DNA of 64,000 bases from Amphiscolops sp. MND2022 (Eukaryota): the NCBI GenBank assembly GCA_964187785.1, contig OZ076420.1, positions 47,616,001-47,680,000 on the forward strand. The letters run 5' to 3'. Each line of letters opens with the position of its first letter. The stretch's first letter is position 1. Under the pieces are notes generated by a model that worked only from the letters and a program-made list of their open reading frames with translations, ran no database searches and was not told where the DNA came from. Positions 1 through 11,391 of this stretch are shown here, in pieces. The position numbers were made by a program, and so were the translations under genes.

Positions 1-70
1 CATTGAACCAAGACACTTAATTAGTTCGTGAGACGAAATCAAGGCAATTAAATCCTGAGACGCATTCAAT

Positions 71-275
71 TGGGGCGCTTTTGACTGGGGCGCTTTTGAC
101 TGTGTCTTTTGGGGGCTTTTGACTGGGGCGCTTTTGACTGGGGCGCTTTTGACTGGCGCGCTTTTGACTGGGGCGCTTTTGACTGGGGCGCTTTTGACTG
201 GGGCGCTTTTGACTGGGGCGCTTTTGACTGGGGCGCTTTTGACTGGGGCGCTTTTGTCTAGGGCGCTTTTGTCTG
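71..275. repeat. 15-bp G-rich minisatellite (TGGGGCGCTTTTGAC)n, about 13 units with a few variants
   Basis: Directly visible tandem units from 71 to about 275; the last units degrade to GGGCGCTTTTGTCT. Confidence 0.97.
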
Positions 276-361
276 GTAACCTATGATTTGCATGTTTTTT
301 GTACGGGTTTCGACACGAATAGGGATTCGTTCTCATTTTAAAATCATACAAAACAGCCAAC

Positions 362-519
362 CTCAATTTAGGTTCAATGCAACTACCGTCATCACACTGA
401 AACATGTTTTTTGGGCAAGTTCCACAGACTTCGGAGCTCTCATCGTTGTCGCAGTTGACAAATCCGTTGCATAAATCGAGCAGCCTAATACATGCTTCGT
501 TCCGGCATTTGAATTGATT
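362..519 (-). CDS. Internal exon encoding LDL-receptor class A (LDLa) repeats, probably of the adjacent DEG/ENaC gene
   Basis: Manual translation: NQFKCRNEACIRLLDLCNGFVNCDNDESSEVCGTCPKNMFQCDDGSCIEPKL(R). Acceptor TTCCTATTTTTAG at 520-532; donor AG|GTTGGC at 361. Phase 0 start, phase 2 end. The FxC..xCI..xxCxG..xC..E pattern is the LDLa consensus. Confidence 0.85.
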
Positions 520-814
520 CTAAAAATAGGAATTCTAGTGATAATGAATCACACAAAAATTCAGTTTCTTTCAATGAATCCCAAAATCTCAAAGATTTTA
601 TTTTTCTCTTCATTCGCATAAAAAAGTTGTAATCCATGATGTTTCGTTCCATGGTCCAATTTTTAAGTTTCAGCTGTTTATCCGAGTTTGGGCTGTGCAA
701 GTAAATTATCTAATCGCTTTGAAATACAATTTAAAGATCAAAAACAGTATGTTTTTTTATTGAAAATCCGAAAGTTGCAAGCTTAAGTTCTCAAAACTTT
801 CACTCAAAACTTAC

Positions 815-1423
815 ATAGAACAACCGTCGTGCTATTGAGTAATCGCTCTTCCAAGTCACAACATAGGACATTTTACATCTATCGTTCGTTGGGGTTTTCG
901 CAATACTCGTGGTATTGTTACGACTTCCTTGTGAATCGAACCCAACACCTGAAATTTGCGCACGTAGAGTTTCCTGGATTTCTGTCATTCCGACCGAGTT
1001 GAGGGCTTCGAACTCAATCATTTTGTACAGATGAGACGTTTTATTGTATTGTAACAGCATGGACTCCTTTAGTTTGTTGGAATTGCAAATCGTCACTGTA
1101 GGCAGTTGCATTTTGTGAGGGTACTTGATTTGAACACTGACAGTTACGGGGTATTTGTAAACATCTCTGAACATGTCGGTGATCTGGTACACGAAACAAA
1201 CTGTGCTGACCATCACGGCAAGAAGCCAAAAGACTTTGCGATGAAAATTTGCGGAAGAAACAACTTTCGGGACCCCATGGGCTGTACAGTCCAGTAACCA
1301 TGACCTGATCATCCAGAGAAACGAGAGCATCTCTTTTTGGTCATTGTCCAGGGGCGATGAGTCACCAGCACTACCTTGAAAGTACAAAGACGTAAAATCA
1401 CGTCTCCTGTGATTCTTATTCAT
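815..1423 (-). CDS. DEG/ENaC (amiloride-sensitive sodium channel family) first coding exon
   Basis: ORF 800-1423 has the pre-TM1 HG motif (DCTAHGVPKV), TM1 (RKVFWLLAVMVSTVCFVYQI), YPVTVSV and the LPTVTICNSN signature. Canonical donor TAT|GTAAGT at 809-814, phase 0. Confidence 0.93.
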
Positions 1424-1848
1424 AGAAGGTTTTTCAAACTTTTACAGGTTTCCACATGTTTCGATTGATGGAGAACAATTCCCTTCTCGTGCGATAAACT
1501 TCGTTAAAGTGCATTTTCATAAAGTGGTTAACTCCATTGTTTCAGAAATTCGAAATTCACTCACATGAAAAAAACCAAAGCATGCGGTCCAGAATTTCTT
1601 GAAAAGCTGAGTTTGTATCAGGTTCTAACAAATTTTTTTAAAATTATTCTTTCAAAACAGTATTTTCTGAAAAATTCTAGAGTCTTTAGTTAGCATTCAA
1701 CAAATGTTTTGAAAGGTCTCGTGAATGAAAGAAGTTTCCATGTTCGATACACATTTCCTCAAATTCTGTGTTTAAATTCTCAAAAATGGAACTTTGGTCA
1801 TAATCATGGCAAAGCGTTGTAGTTCGCTACGCTTCAGAACATTATACC

Positions 1849-2109
1849 TGTTCTATTTCTTGGTTTGATAAGGAAAAAGTGTGGAATTTTGTTAAAAGTA
1901 TCTTTAAACACAAAAGCAAAGTCAAAGCGATCTTCTTTCTACCCTGATTGGTAACACAAATGATATATCTTCAGTACGAAATATTTAGCACTATGTTTAC
2001 AAATATGTATAAACATAAATCTCATTTGAACTATAAAAGTCTATAGAAAGATCTGAGTTTGATTGACGTTGTCACCGAAAAGATCGGTTCGGCGTTACAC
2101 CGTATAACA
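1849..2109 (-). repeat. 3' LTR of the gypsy element
   Basis: Direct repeat of 7382-7641 with about 21 differences counted by eye (about 92% identity). Minus strand reads TGTTATACGG...AGAACA. Confidence 0.93.
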
Positions 2110-2122
2110 TTTCCTCCCTTCT
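2110..2122 (-). promoter_or_regulatory. Polypurine tract
   Basis: AGAAGGGAGGAAA on the minus strand abuts the 3' LTR. Confidence 0.85.
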
Positions 2123-2849
2123 AGGCTTTCTTCGTTCATTGGTTCGATGCTCCTGGAGTCGGTGTTTTCTCCCGGGTGAAATCTGCCGGTTTCGTCAATG
2201 GTTTCGGGGGCTCTTTTCGGATGTTCCATCTTCCACCTGTAACAGTTTTGTTTTAAAATCACACCCAGAAGTTTTTTGTATAAATAACCCCCCGTATCTA
2301 TTGGGTTGTCTACTTTCACGGTTTGACCGTCTTGTTCCTTCATTTTAGGGTGTATTGTTTTAAAGTTTTTTCTCACCGGTATTTGTTTCACGGTCGGTAT
2401 GTAGATTGAGTTCATCCTCGGGGGATGTTGTCACTGGTCGGTAGCAGCCGTCTTTCTCGGAGGTATCGTGATTTTCGAAATCACTCTCATCGTCCTCTAT
2501 CTCGCCTTCCTCGCTTTCCGAGTCTGATTAGGTTGTTTGATTTGGAGCGATTTTAACTTTTCCATTGAGTACGTCTCGTAGTACTTCGTTCTATTGTATA
2601 TATTTACCATCGACTCCTCTGAGCCAATGGGGATTTTTAGGGGTGATGTTGTTTCCGATTTTCGGTGCTGCTTTCCTTTCTTTCAGAAATACAATTGGAC
2701 CCGAAATAAATTTTCGGTGATTTATATTTCCGGTGTCGGTGGTTACGGTATGTTCCGTACCATTTACCGCGGTTTGTAAATTTTTCTTGAAACTACCTTC
2801 CAAGTTTTTTGTTATGGTTCTTTTCAAAGAATTGAAAAGTATATAGACC

Positions 2850-5800
2850 AACCGAATTTTTTTCTCCGGAGATTTTTCGGCTAGTCCTTTTTCTTCACTC
2901 TTGGTCCGGCCATAACGATATGATTTGACAATTCTCCATTACCATTTCTGGTTAAATAGATGGGGATCGTCGGTCTATCATTTGCTAAAACAGGTAGTTC
3001 CGACCAGTTAGAAAGGAATGTTCTTCCATTTTTGATCACGTTCGTTAGTTCGGTTCTTGGTTTCCGGCCGTGATGTAGTTCAAATGGCGTGATTTTTTTC
3101 CCGTATGTATTGTTAAACGCATCACATTCAGTGCTCTATTTACACATTCGGTTAGACATATGTTTTCTTCTAGGTTAGTAATGATCAAATTCTTCAGTGC
3201 CTGTATTGCGCGTTCTACTGCTCCCGTTTTGGTATCAATTCTCGGTGTACTCTATTCAGTTTCTATGTTTTTTTGACTCGCAAAATGCTTTGTATTCTTT
3301 CGAAATGAACGCTCCGCCTTTATCCGTTTTTATTTTCTCCGGTAGTCCGTTCAAGTTAAAATTTTGTTTTAGAAAGTTTAAAAGTTCTTTCGTTTCCGTT
3401 GATTTACAGATTTTTGCCGCCGGCCCTTTGCTAAATCTGTCTACCGCAATTAGAATGAATTTAGTATTCACCGTTTAATTTTTCATTATTTAATTTTCCG
3501 GAAAAATCAATTTGAATTTCTTGTCCCGACTCCGCTAATGTTTTTACTTTTCCGAATTAGCGTTTCGGTGTTTGGTAATTTGAATTTTTACCGGATGCCA
3601 TGCATGCCACACACTTTTTTGTATTCTCTTCGATCTCCTTTTGCAGGTTTGGCCACCAAAAAATTTTGGCTTCCGCTGCCATTTTGTGGATCCGGCGTGT
3701 CCAAAGTGTAGCGTTTCCAGTAACTTCTTTCTCAATTCGTTTTGCACTATTATTCGGTTATCATTGAAGTTTAGTCCTCTCCTTGTTACCAAATTTTTCA
3801 AATGTTGTTCGGTGTGCTTCCGAAACCGTGTTTTCCTCGTTTCGTCTCATTGCGTTCCTGACTCTATTCAGTTTCGCGTCGGTAGCTGATTTGGCTATCA
3901 GCGTTTTCAGGTCGAGCATGAAGTTGATTTCGGTCTTTTTGATTGTTTCTTCGTTATCTTTTTGTTCCCGGTAATTTTGTCGATCACTTGGTTGATCTGT
4001 ATAAATTGGGCTTCTTTTCCTTCTGTGTTGAATGCCTTCAGATCAACGATTGGAAAGTTGTCGCCCCGGATTATCTGGCTTTCGCCCTCACTTTCTGTTT
4101 CGGCTTCTTCAATTATCTCCGGTTGTTGCGGTTCATGCTCGTCCTCTTCTACTCGTTCTTCTAATGGTTGGTACCCTCCTCCGAATCTATTGGCCCGTGT
4201 TAGTAGCTCGCCGTCTATTTCCGCAATCTCCTCCTTGTTTCTTTTGTTTGGTCTTGAGGGGACCCATATTTGTCTTTGGGCACTCATGTCGAACTTTCTT
4301 CGCATCGTTCCGGGTCGGGAGATTTCTAGACGTCTCTCTACCAGTCTGAGTGTCTCCGGGCTTTTTCTCTTTCTTTTCTGATAAATTCCATTAGTTCGGC
4401 AGTTGCGCCCAGTGAAAGTAATCCCGGTCCATTTGGTCTTAAATAGTGGTAAATTTTGTAATGACATTTGATTTGAATTTGAGTTTTGATTCGAATATCG
4501 GATTGGACTTTCCGTTTTAGCTTTTCGTCGTCGAATATTTATTGTGAGTTTCGTTTGCTCGCGTTTTTTGTTCACGTCTCGGTTCTTCTCGAATGCTCTA
4601 TTCCGCTGTGATTGATCGTTAAATTTTGTTTAGGTTGTTTTTGTTCTTTCCGTCGGGTTTTGTGATTGATCGGCGAATATTAGTCCGTATTTTCTATTTA
4701 ACTTGGCTATTCTGAGAGGATGTTAATTACGTATTGCTCATCGTATACGTCTTTGGTCGTTCCGTTTTCTACCGGATTTCTACTTAGAAAGGCGGTAAAT
4801 TTTAAATTACCTCCTGCGATATGTTGAATAGCTATGTCAATGTGTGCAAGGCGGTCTAACCATCTAGTTAATCTCGCGGTATACTGTTTAATACATCGGT
4901 TCCTTTTTTTTCAAAGGTTCAAGCGCTCGGTGATCTGTGTAAAGAAAAACTTTCTTCCCGTATAGATAAAATCGGAATTCTTCTAAACCCCAGACGACTG
5001 CCAGTAAATCTAGTTCTCCGATTGAATAAGTTTTTCGCTGTCAGTTAAATATATGCTACCGAAGGCTATCGGTTTAATTTCCCCGTCCGATTGTTTTTGC
5101 CATAATGTAATTCCGAGGCCGGTTTTGCTTGCGTTGGTTGTCATTATGTTTTCTCTATCTTTTGCGTAGTGTGCCAAGCAAGGTTCTTCGGTCAACAATT
5201 TCTTTATAATATTGAAATCTTCATCTTGTTGCTTTCCCCAAATCCATGTGGAATATTTCTTCAGAAGTCTTCGGAGTCTTTCCGTCCTTTCCGATATTCT
5301 CGGTAAAAATTTTGCCAGTTATAGAACTGCACCGAGAAATGATTTCAGTTGTTTTTGGTTTTTCGGGTGTTTAAAATCCAGTGTTGCTTTTACTTTTTCT
5401 TTATTTGGTTTGATTCCCGTTCCGTCAATTTCGTTCCCCATCCATTTGGTTCTGTTCAGAAGGAATTCGGATTTTTTTCGCTTGCGCGGTATCCTGCATT
5501 CTCCAATTTTCCCAATATATCGAATAGTTTCTTTTCGTGTTCTTGTCAGTCACCCCGTGTTACCACTATAAAATCATCCAGCCATGCCGGTGTGGAGTAC
5601 TCTCATGTTCGGTCGATTTTTTCTTGGAATATTGTGGAGATATCGGCGAGACCGTAGAATCCTTTTTTGAATCTGTAATAACCACTAAAGTTCCCTCGCG
5701 TTTTGGCAAATACGCATTGTCGGCATGTCTCTTTTGTCTGTAGGATTTTTATACAGCTGTCATTTAGTTTTCTTGAGTCGAATGCTATTTTTACCGACTT

Positions 5801-7330
5801 GTCGCTTTTTACTGTAATTACTACCGGTGAAACAAAACAATCTTCATCTACATGTTTCACTGTTTCCAAGTGTCCGGTTTTTATCAATTTTCCTAGTTCT
5901 TTCCCGACTTCTTCTTGTAGATGTAATGGAATCGGTCGCTGCTTTTTGTTTCACCGGATAAAGTCCCGGTTTTAGTTGGATATTTATTTCGGTATCTTAT
6001 ATCGTGGTGTTGTTCTTGAATAAGTCCGGAAACTTCTCGATTACTCGTCTCTTTTCTGATTAACTGGTATCTTCCAATCGGATATTTCCAATTGTCTAAT
6101 TAAGTTTCTTCTCCCAGTCCATTCCGAGTAATGGTGTAAAATCGTTTCTTTCGGTAAATAGACTTTGCATTTTCTACTTATTGTTCTCGTATTCAATGTT
6201 TGCCGGCATTTTCCCCCGAAATTTCACTGCGTTTTTGTTTACATTTTGGTACCGTTGTTTCAATTTTTGTATCTCGGTTTGTTTCATTATTTTTCACCTA
6301 CGGGCATTATTGAAATCGGTGATCCGGTATTCACTAAAAACTCCTTTTCGATACCCTTTATTTTTATCAGGGCTGTCAGCCAATTGTTTCTGTCGGTAAT
6401 TCTGTTTATTTTTTCAATTCTGTTTATGCTTTTTTCTGATTTGTCGGATTCTCCTCCAATTGCCTCTGATTCGTCCTCAGTTACATTGCGTACTTTGTGT
6501 TTGTAGTTTTTTTTGTCTGCATACCCGTGCGAGGTGTCCTTTATTTCCGCAGTTGTTGCAAAGTTTTTCCAATGATGGGTTTTTGTGAGAGGGATTCCAG
6601 TTCGGTGCATTACAGAATTTACATAGTTTTTCATTTCTAAATTTATTTTTCAGTCTTGTCTCGGATCTTTCCAGTCTTTGTATCGGCTCTTTTTTTTCTT
6701 TTTTTTCGGTATGAAATCAGAGCTTCCGGTATGGTGTTTTTTGTTCTTTCTCTTGTATGTGTTTTATTCGATCATTTCAATTGTTTTTTTCAGTTCCAGC
6801 TTCTTCTCTTTCATTAATTTGTCCCGAAGTTTCGTATCCGTAATTGCGCTCATAAATTTTGAGATCAATAAATCTTCGGCTGTTATTCGTTCAAATGCAC
6901 ATTCTTTTTCTATTTCTATGAGTCTCCGCCAGAAGTCTCCCTGTGTTTCGGATTCAGTTTGTCTTGTCCAGAAGAATTCTCCGCGGTAATGGTAAGTGTT
7001 TCGTTTCGGTAAGAAATTTTCGTTAAAAAGTCGGATAAGGTCTTTTACCGCTATTTTGTTTGGGTTCTGTTTTGTACGCCGCTCGTGTCACTTGATATAG
7101 TGCATCGGGGCCGATCCCCTAAGTGAAGTCTTCTTGAATTTCAGTTTCTTTTTCAGACCGACCAGTTTGTGTTATTTCGGCTCCCCGTATTAATTCGGTG
7201 GTGACCATTTTGTGTTTTCGCTTGGTATATTGCCGAAATCTTTCAAGCCATTGTTTCGGAGTGAAAATTCTTTTACCGTCTGATGTGGCTTCGAAAATCG
7301 GTACTTCGATTCTGCTTTCTTCTGTCATTT
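2850..7330 (-). pseudogene. Frameshifted gag-pol of the gypsy element
   Basis: Gag (7119-7328, FTPKQWLERFRQY); protease (FLVNTGSPISIMP, D to N); RT (SPVVITVKSDKSVKIAFDSRKLN; YRFKKGFYGL); RNase H (TTNASKTGLGITLWQ..IKPIAFGS); integrase (LLETLHFGHAG; LIAVDRFSK; PEKIKTDKGGAFIS). Boundaries approximate. Confidence 0.92.
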
Positions 7331-7367
7331 TCTTTGTCGTAAATGGAACTTCTTGGGTAGCTTAGAT

Positions 7368-7381
7368 TGCTGACTGCGCCA
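7368..7381 (-). promoter_or_regulatory. Primer-binding site, tRNA-Ser type
   Basis: TGGCGCAGTCAGCA directly follows the 5' LTR. It resembles the complement of metazoan tRNA-Ser 3' ends (...CCGACUGCGCCA, from recall). Confidence 0.75.
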
Positions 7382-7641
7382 TGTTCTGTTTCTTGGTTTC
7401 ATACGAAAACAGTGTGCAATATTGTTAAAAGTATCTCTAAACACAGAAGCAAAGTCAAAGCGATCTTCTTTCTATCCTGATTGGTAACACAAATGATATA
7501 TCTTTAGTACGAAAGATTTAGCACTATGTTTACAAATATGTATAAACATGAATCTCATTTGGCCTATAAAATCTGAAGAAAGATCTGAGTTTGATTGACG
7601 TTGTCACCGAAGAGATCGGTTCGGTATTACACCGTATAACA
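7382..7641 (-). repeat. 5' LTR of the gypsy element
   Basis: Direct repeat of 1849-2109. Confidence 0.93.
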
Positions 7642-10365
7642 ATCCCAAGGTAAGGAGACGATGATGGCGCATTTTTAGAGCGCGTTCAAATTTAAATAAC
7701 TCATTATGATTGATCAAACGTTAAGTTTTCTCAAAAGCCAAATCGAAGATGCCAAGTTTAATTTCCTTTACAATTGAAGTATATTCTCTAATCTCCAACA
7801 CGCGACGACCCCAGATAAGAATCGAAAACGAACTTCAACTGTAATAATCGTCTTCTGTGATGATGACTGTCTAATGTCTCATTTACAACTCCCAGAAGAG
7901 TTCATGGTTGTCTTAGTTCATTCATTTCTGACGGCTGGAAGTGATTAACCTGACTTTTATCTTTATCAATTTCAGTATTCGATCCGTGTTTTCCCCTGAG
8001 AAGTTTGTTTTCTGAGGTAGTATGACCAAGTCTGTTGTTCTCGGCATCCTCTACATCAGTTATTAAATTATGTATCTATTTGCTCTGATCTCTTGAAGTA
8101 TTTCCTCAAATTTGCTATTTAGTTGTTCTTCAATCTTTGACATTTTGGTGTTCTGCTAATCTTTGAGAAATAACTTCTATCTCGTTACCGGTTTCTGAGG
8201 GTTCCGTTGGTTCACTACATGAGTTCCTGTCAAAAATGTTGTGAACAATCTCAGAAACATCAACTAATGTCGCAATATCTTGTGTCAAGGTTGTTTCTGG
8301 GGTGTTTTCGTCTCTGTCTGAAGACTGAGATTCTTCTCTCCTTGAGCGTCTCTTTCTTTTTTCCCCATGGTGAAAGCAATGATTGGCGCAAAAATCTTTT
8401 ATTGTCTGGCGAGATATTTTATTGAATATTGTTCGGCAATTTGGGGTGACTGTCTTGTGCAAGTGTTTTTTGTTGAATGACTGTGGAAAAGACTGACTTT
8501 AAAGGTCCCTTCTCAAACGAGTTGAAAATAAACATCACATCCCTAGGAAGTCTAAATATAGCGCCGTGATAGTAGCGGACTAATGCGGAACAATATGCAA
8601 AATGTACTGTTTGTCATTATAACTCCGCATAAACTGCTTTGTTAAAATCATATAGTTGAGTACAATTCACAAGCACGGCTTCGCTGGTGTGCATTAAGCT
8701 GTTTTTTGATACATTCCGCCCACATAAATGGGGGAGGAAAATCATGACCTGTGATGCGTTTTTTTACAAATTCTGCCAAAACTCCACTTTATCTCCACTC
8801 CATGGAGTGATTTTCTAGCGATAGTTACAACTGAGTTGTTTCAACTATGGTGGCTCAGTCATGTTGTAGGTCCTGGGCTCGAACCCTGGCTGGTGCTTGC
8901 ATTTTTTTGTTTCTCAGCCATTAGGTCGTGACTTCGATCCTCTCCTTCGCCATACTTTTTTTGCAATAAGCGTGTCGCGGAAATTATCCCGTTGCTTAGC
9001 GGGCGTCGTGTTTCCGAATATGCTGTTTTATACAAGCAGCATCGTACGGTATTGATTACAAACAGAAATACGTATGAATTCATGTTGCTACTTTCTAGCT
9101 GACTCATCATGCTGTTTTCAAACAATTTCTGCATAATTATGCTCTAAACGTCATGGTATTCCATAGAAGTTATAAGTATGAACGCAAAAAAGCCGTTTTA
9201 CTTCGTGAATTTTGGCGATAAAAGAAGGGGTTGGTTTGAGTCAAGTAACGATTTTGTTACTTCACCAATTGATGTAATCAACGCGTTTTTTTAGTTCAAC
9301 ATCAAGTTATCATGAAAGTAGAAACGAACAAAACATCAACATTTTCAGATCAACGTTAACGAAGTCTTTAACCAAATAAAGACAAAAGGAAAAATCAATC
9401 TTCAGATTAAATATGTAACTTCTAAGTTGATGAAGGAGTTCAATTGTCTGTGATGTTCAAATATGGGTGTCATTAGAGACACCTCTTCGAGGGCTCTGCA
9501 ATTAAGTGGAGTATGTTGATCTGTTCACCTATGCTGCACGTCGGACATCTCGCAAGAGTAGCCTGGCGACATCAACAAAAAAAGAGACCTAGTATTTCTT
9601 TTTTGGCAACAAGTGCCACAAAAAGATTTGGATAGGCGGCTCCGCAATCAGAGTAAGAGTTTCAAGTCCTTTTTTTCGAACAAAACCCTATCTTCCTAAT
9701 ACTTTAAGTACTTTTTTTGAAACCTGATATTTTGCCATCAAACACAATTCTCCCTTTTATCTGAACCCAACACAAGGCAATCTTTAATTCATAACATTAG
9801 TTTTCTCGAAATGTGAGATAATAAAACGTTGTCCAAAACTCACTCATCGTACATTTGAACTAACTAAGGTGGTGAAAAAAAGACTTTCAACAGCCAAAGT
9901 TGAAACAACACAACAAAGATAAATTTTGATGGAAAAGTACCATCCAACAAATAAATACAACACTCATGAAACGGGAGATTTTAAAAGATATTTTTTGAGA
10001 GCCATATCTTATTAGAAATTGATCGATACTAACATTAACTTCCTGGTAACGCCAACATTAATTCAGAAATTCAATTACCTGAAGATAACTCTGGGAAGGG
10101 AACCATCAATACTATTCGCACACTTGGAAGTGACAGCAGCAAAATACAACTCAGCATTGGAGGTCTTTTTGAGGACATATAGGATGACAAACTTCGCACA
10201 CTACAGAAGATGACCTGCTATTACTAGCTTCATCAGGCAATTTGTTAGGTAGCATTTCCTACTCTGGAGAAAACATCAGACCGACGTCTCTATAGCCTTT
10301 GTTTTTGTCGACTGATTCTTTTTTCCGAGTTTCTCAGCTTTCTAGTCTGGCCAACAATTTCTTTT

Positions 10366-10629
10366 TTAACTGTTTTTTTTACAGCTGGTTTCGCAGCTTG
10401 TTTGAAAGACTTTTTTGGAGGCAACATCCATTAAATCAGGTAGACTTTGAACGAACAACTGTTTACCGATTGATTTCACAGCCAGTAAAAGAACTGTTTT
10501 GGCAAATAAAAGAGCAACACGACACACTCCGAGAGCAAGAAATCCGATACCGCTATCTTTTTTGTGAGCATGCCCTGAAAAATGAGGCAAAGTTGCTTGT
10601 CGAGAGTAATAAATCTGCATTTTAGTCAA
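10366..10629 (-). pseudogene. Small basic amphipathic Maverick/adintovirus ORF downstream of penton (copy 2 at about 17890-18150)
   Basis: YYSRQATLPHFSGHAHKKDSGIGFLALGVCRVALLFAKTVLL..KSIGKQL resembles the recalled QRGxGxG..L.R.A.P ORF that follows penton in Mavericks. Confidence 0.55.
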
Positions 10630-10936
10630 ACTTTCGAAACTTCAAAGTGAGGACCACTCTGCCGGTACCAAGGAATTGAACGTAAGAACCAGTTGTGGTA
10701 ACAAGTTCGATGAATACTTTTTGGATGGAGCTCAGAAGTGGGGACTTAAAATGCAATTCACGGAAACTTCTGTCAGTAGTGGTTGAAACAATGGAAAGGT
10801 CACGGTCTTTCAGCCTTTGTTTTGTGTCAATGACAGGTAAAACTGGGGCCTTGGTTCCAGCAATTTTTTGCTGCTCGAATATATTACAGTAAGCAAAAAA
10901 ACTCGGTTCCTTTAATAAAATCCTAACGAAACTCAC
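10622..10936 (-). pseudogene. Maverick/Polinton minor capsid (penton) C-terminal fragment (copy 2 at about 18145-18460, frameshifted)
   Basis: FAYCNIFEQQKIAGTKAPVL...F..L..SSIQKVFIELVTTTGSYVQFLGTGRVVLTLKFRK matches the recalled penton C-terminus IY.DII..Q.VG...APLL...I.I.L....G..I.F..G...L.L.FR. Confidence 0.7.
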
Positions 10937-11078
10937 TTCTGAGTGATTGAAGTTGTTCTTGCACTAGTTTATTTGAGCCAATAAAAAACAACCGCGATTA
11001 GTGGCAAAAATTTTACTGAAACCAAGAACATTCTGTCGAAAAAATTGAGTCCATACCCTTTGTTGAACTTCAATTCAA

Positions 11079-11366
11079 CATGGGTTGAACTCGTAGTTTT
11101 CTCTATAAAACATCGACAGCTACTAACAGTGGTTTCACACCGTGATTAAACTTGGCTCGCTTGTCAACATAAGCCACGTCAATAGACCAATTTTCGTTGA
11201 TATCAAACGCAATAACTTTCAGGCGAGGGAAACGCCGATATTTTGTATGGGCATTTTTTCCCTGAAGAAAATTGGTTACTTTTCTCCAACTCAAACCAGT
11301 AGCTTTCTTGAGGTTTGCAACACTATCATAAGCAGCAGGTCCTTTTCGATAAAATGCTTCAAGTTT
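11079..11366 (-). pseudogene. Maverick/Polinton retroviral-type integrase, N-terminal fragment, copy 1
   Basis: KLEAFYRKGPAAYDSVANLKKATGLSWRKVTNFLQGKNAHTKYRRFPRLKVIAFDINENWSIDVAYVDKRAKFNHGVKPLLVAVDVL*RKLRVQPM. This is the typical Maverick integrase N-terminus up to the first catalytic Asp, with an in-frame stop and then truncation. Confidence 0.85.
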
Positions 11367-11391
11367 CCAAAAATCTGTTTCAAGGACGGTC

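Larger units (their letters stand above)
1849..7641 (-). mobile_element. Ty3/gypsy LTR retrotransposon, full-length structure, coding region decayed
   Basis: Two about 260-bp LTRs with TG...CA ends; PBS and PPT in the expected positions; gag-PR-RT-RNaseH-IN order; 5-bp TSD ATACC (1844-1848) versus ATCCC (7642-7646), one mismatch. Confidence 0.93.

Noticed and set aside
71-275. CRISPR-like array
   Set aside because: Units are contiguous with no unique spacers, and the context is eukaryotic.
485-700. ORF as an extra channel exon (…WDSLKETEFLCDS…)
   Set aside because: The frame is open, but I found no donor and acceptor pair in phases compatible with both neighbouring exons. Left unresolved.
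1890-2109. Shorter 220-bp LTR definition (TGTTA…TAACA)
   Set aside because: Homology extends 41 bp further left, and only the longer boundary gives an abutting PBS and a TSD.
8130-9134. ORFs 8130-8462 and 8859-9134 as defined genes
   Set aside because: They may be accessory ORFs of the element, but I recognise no motif.
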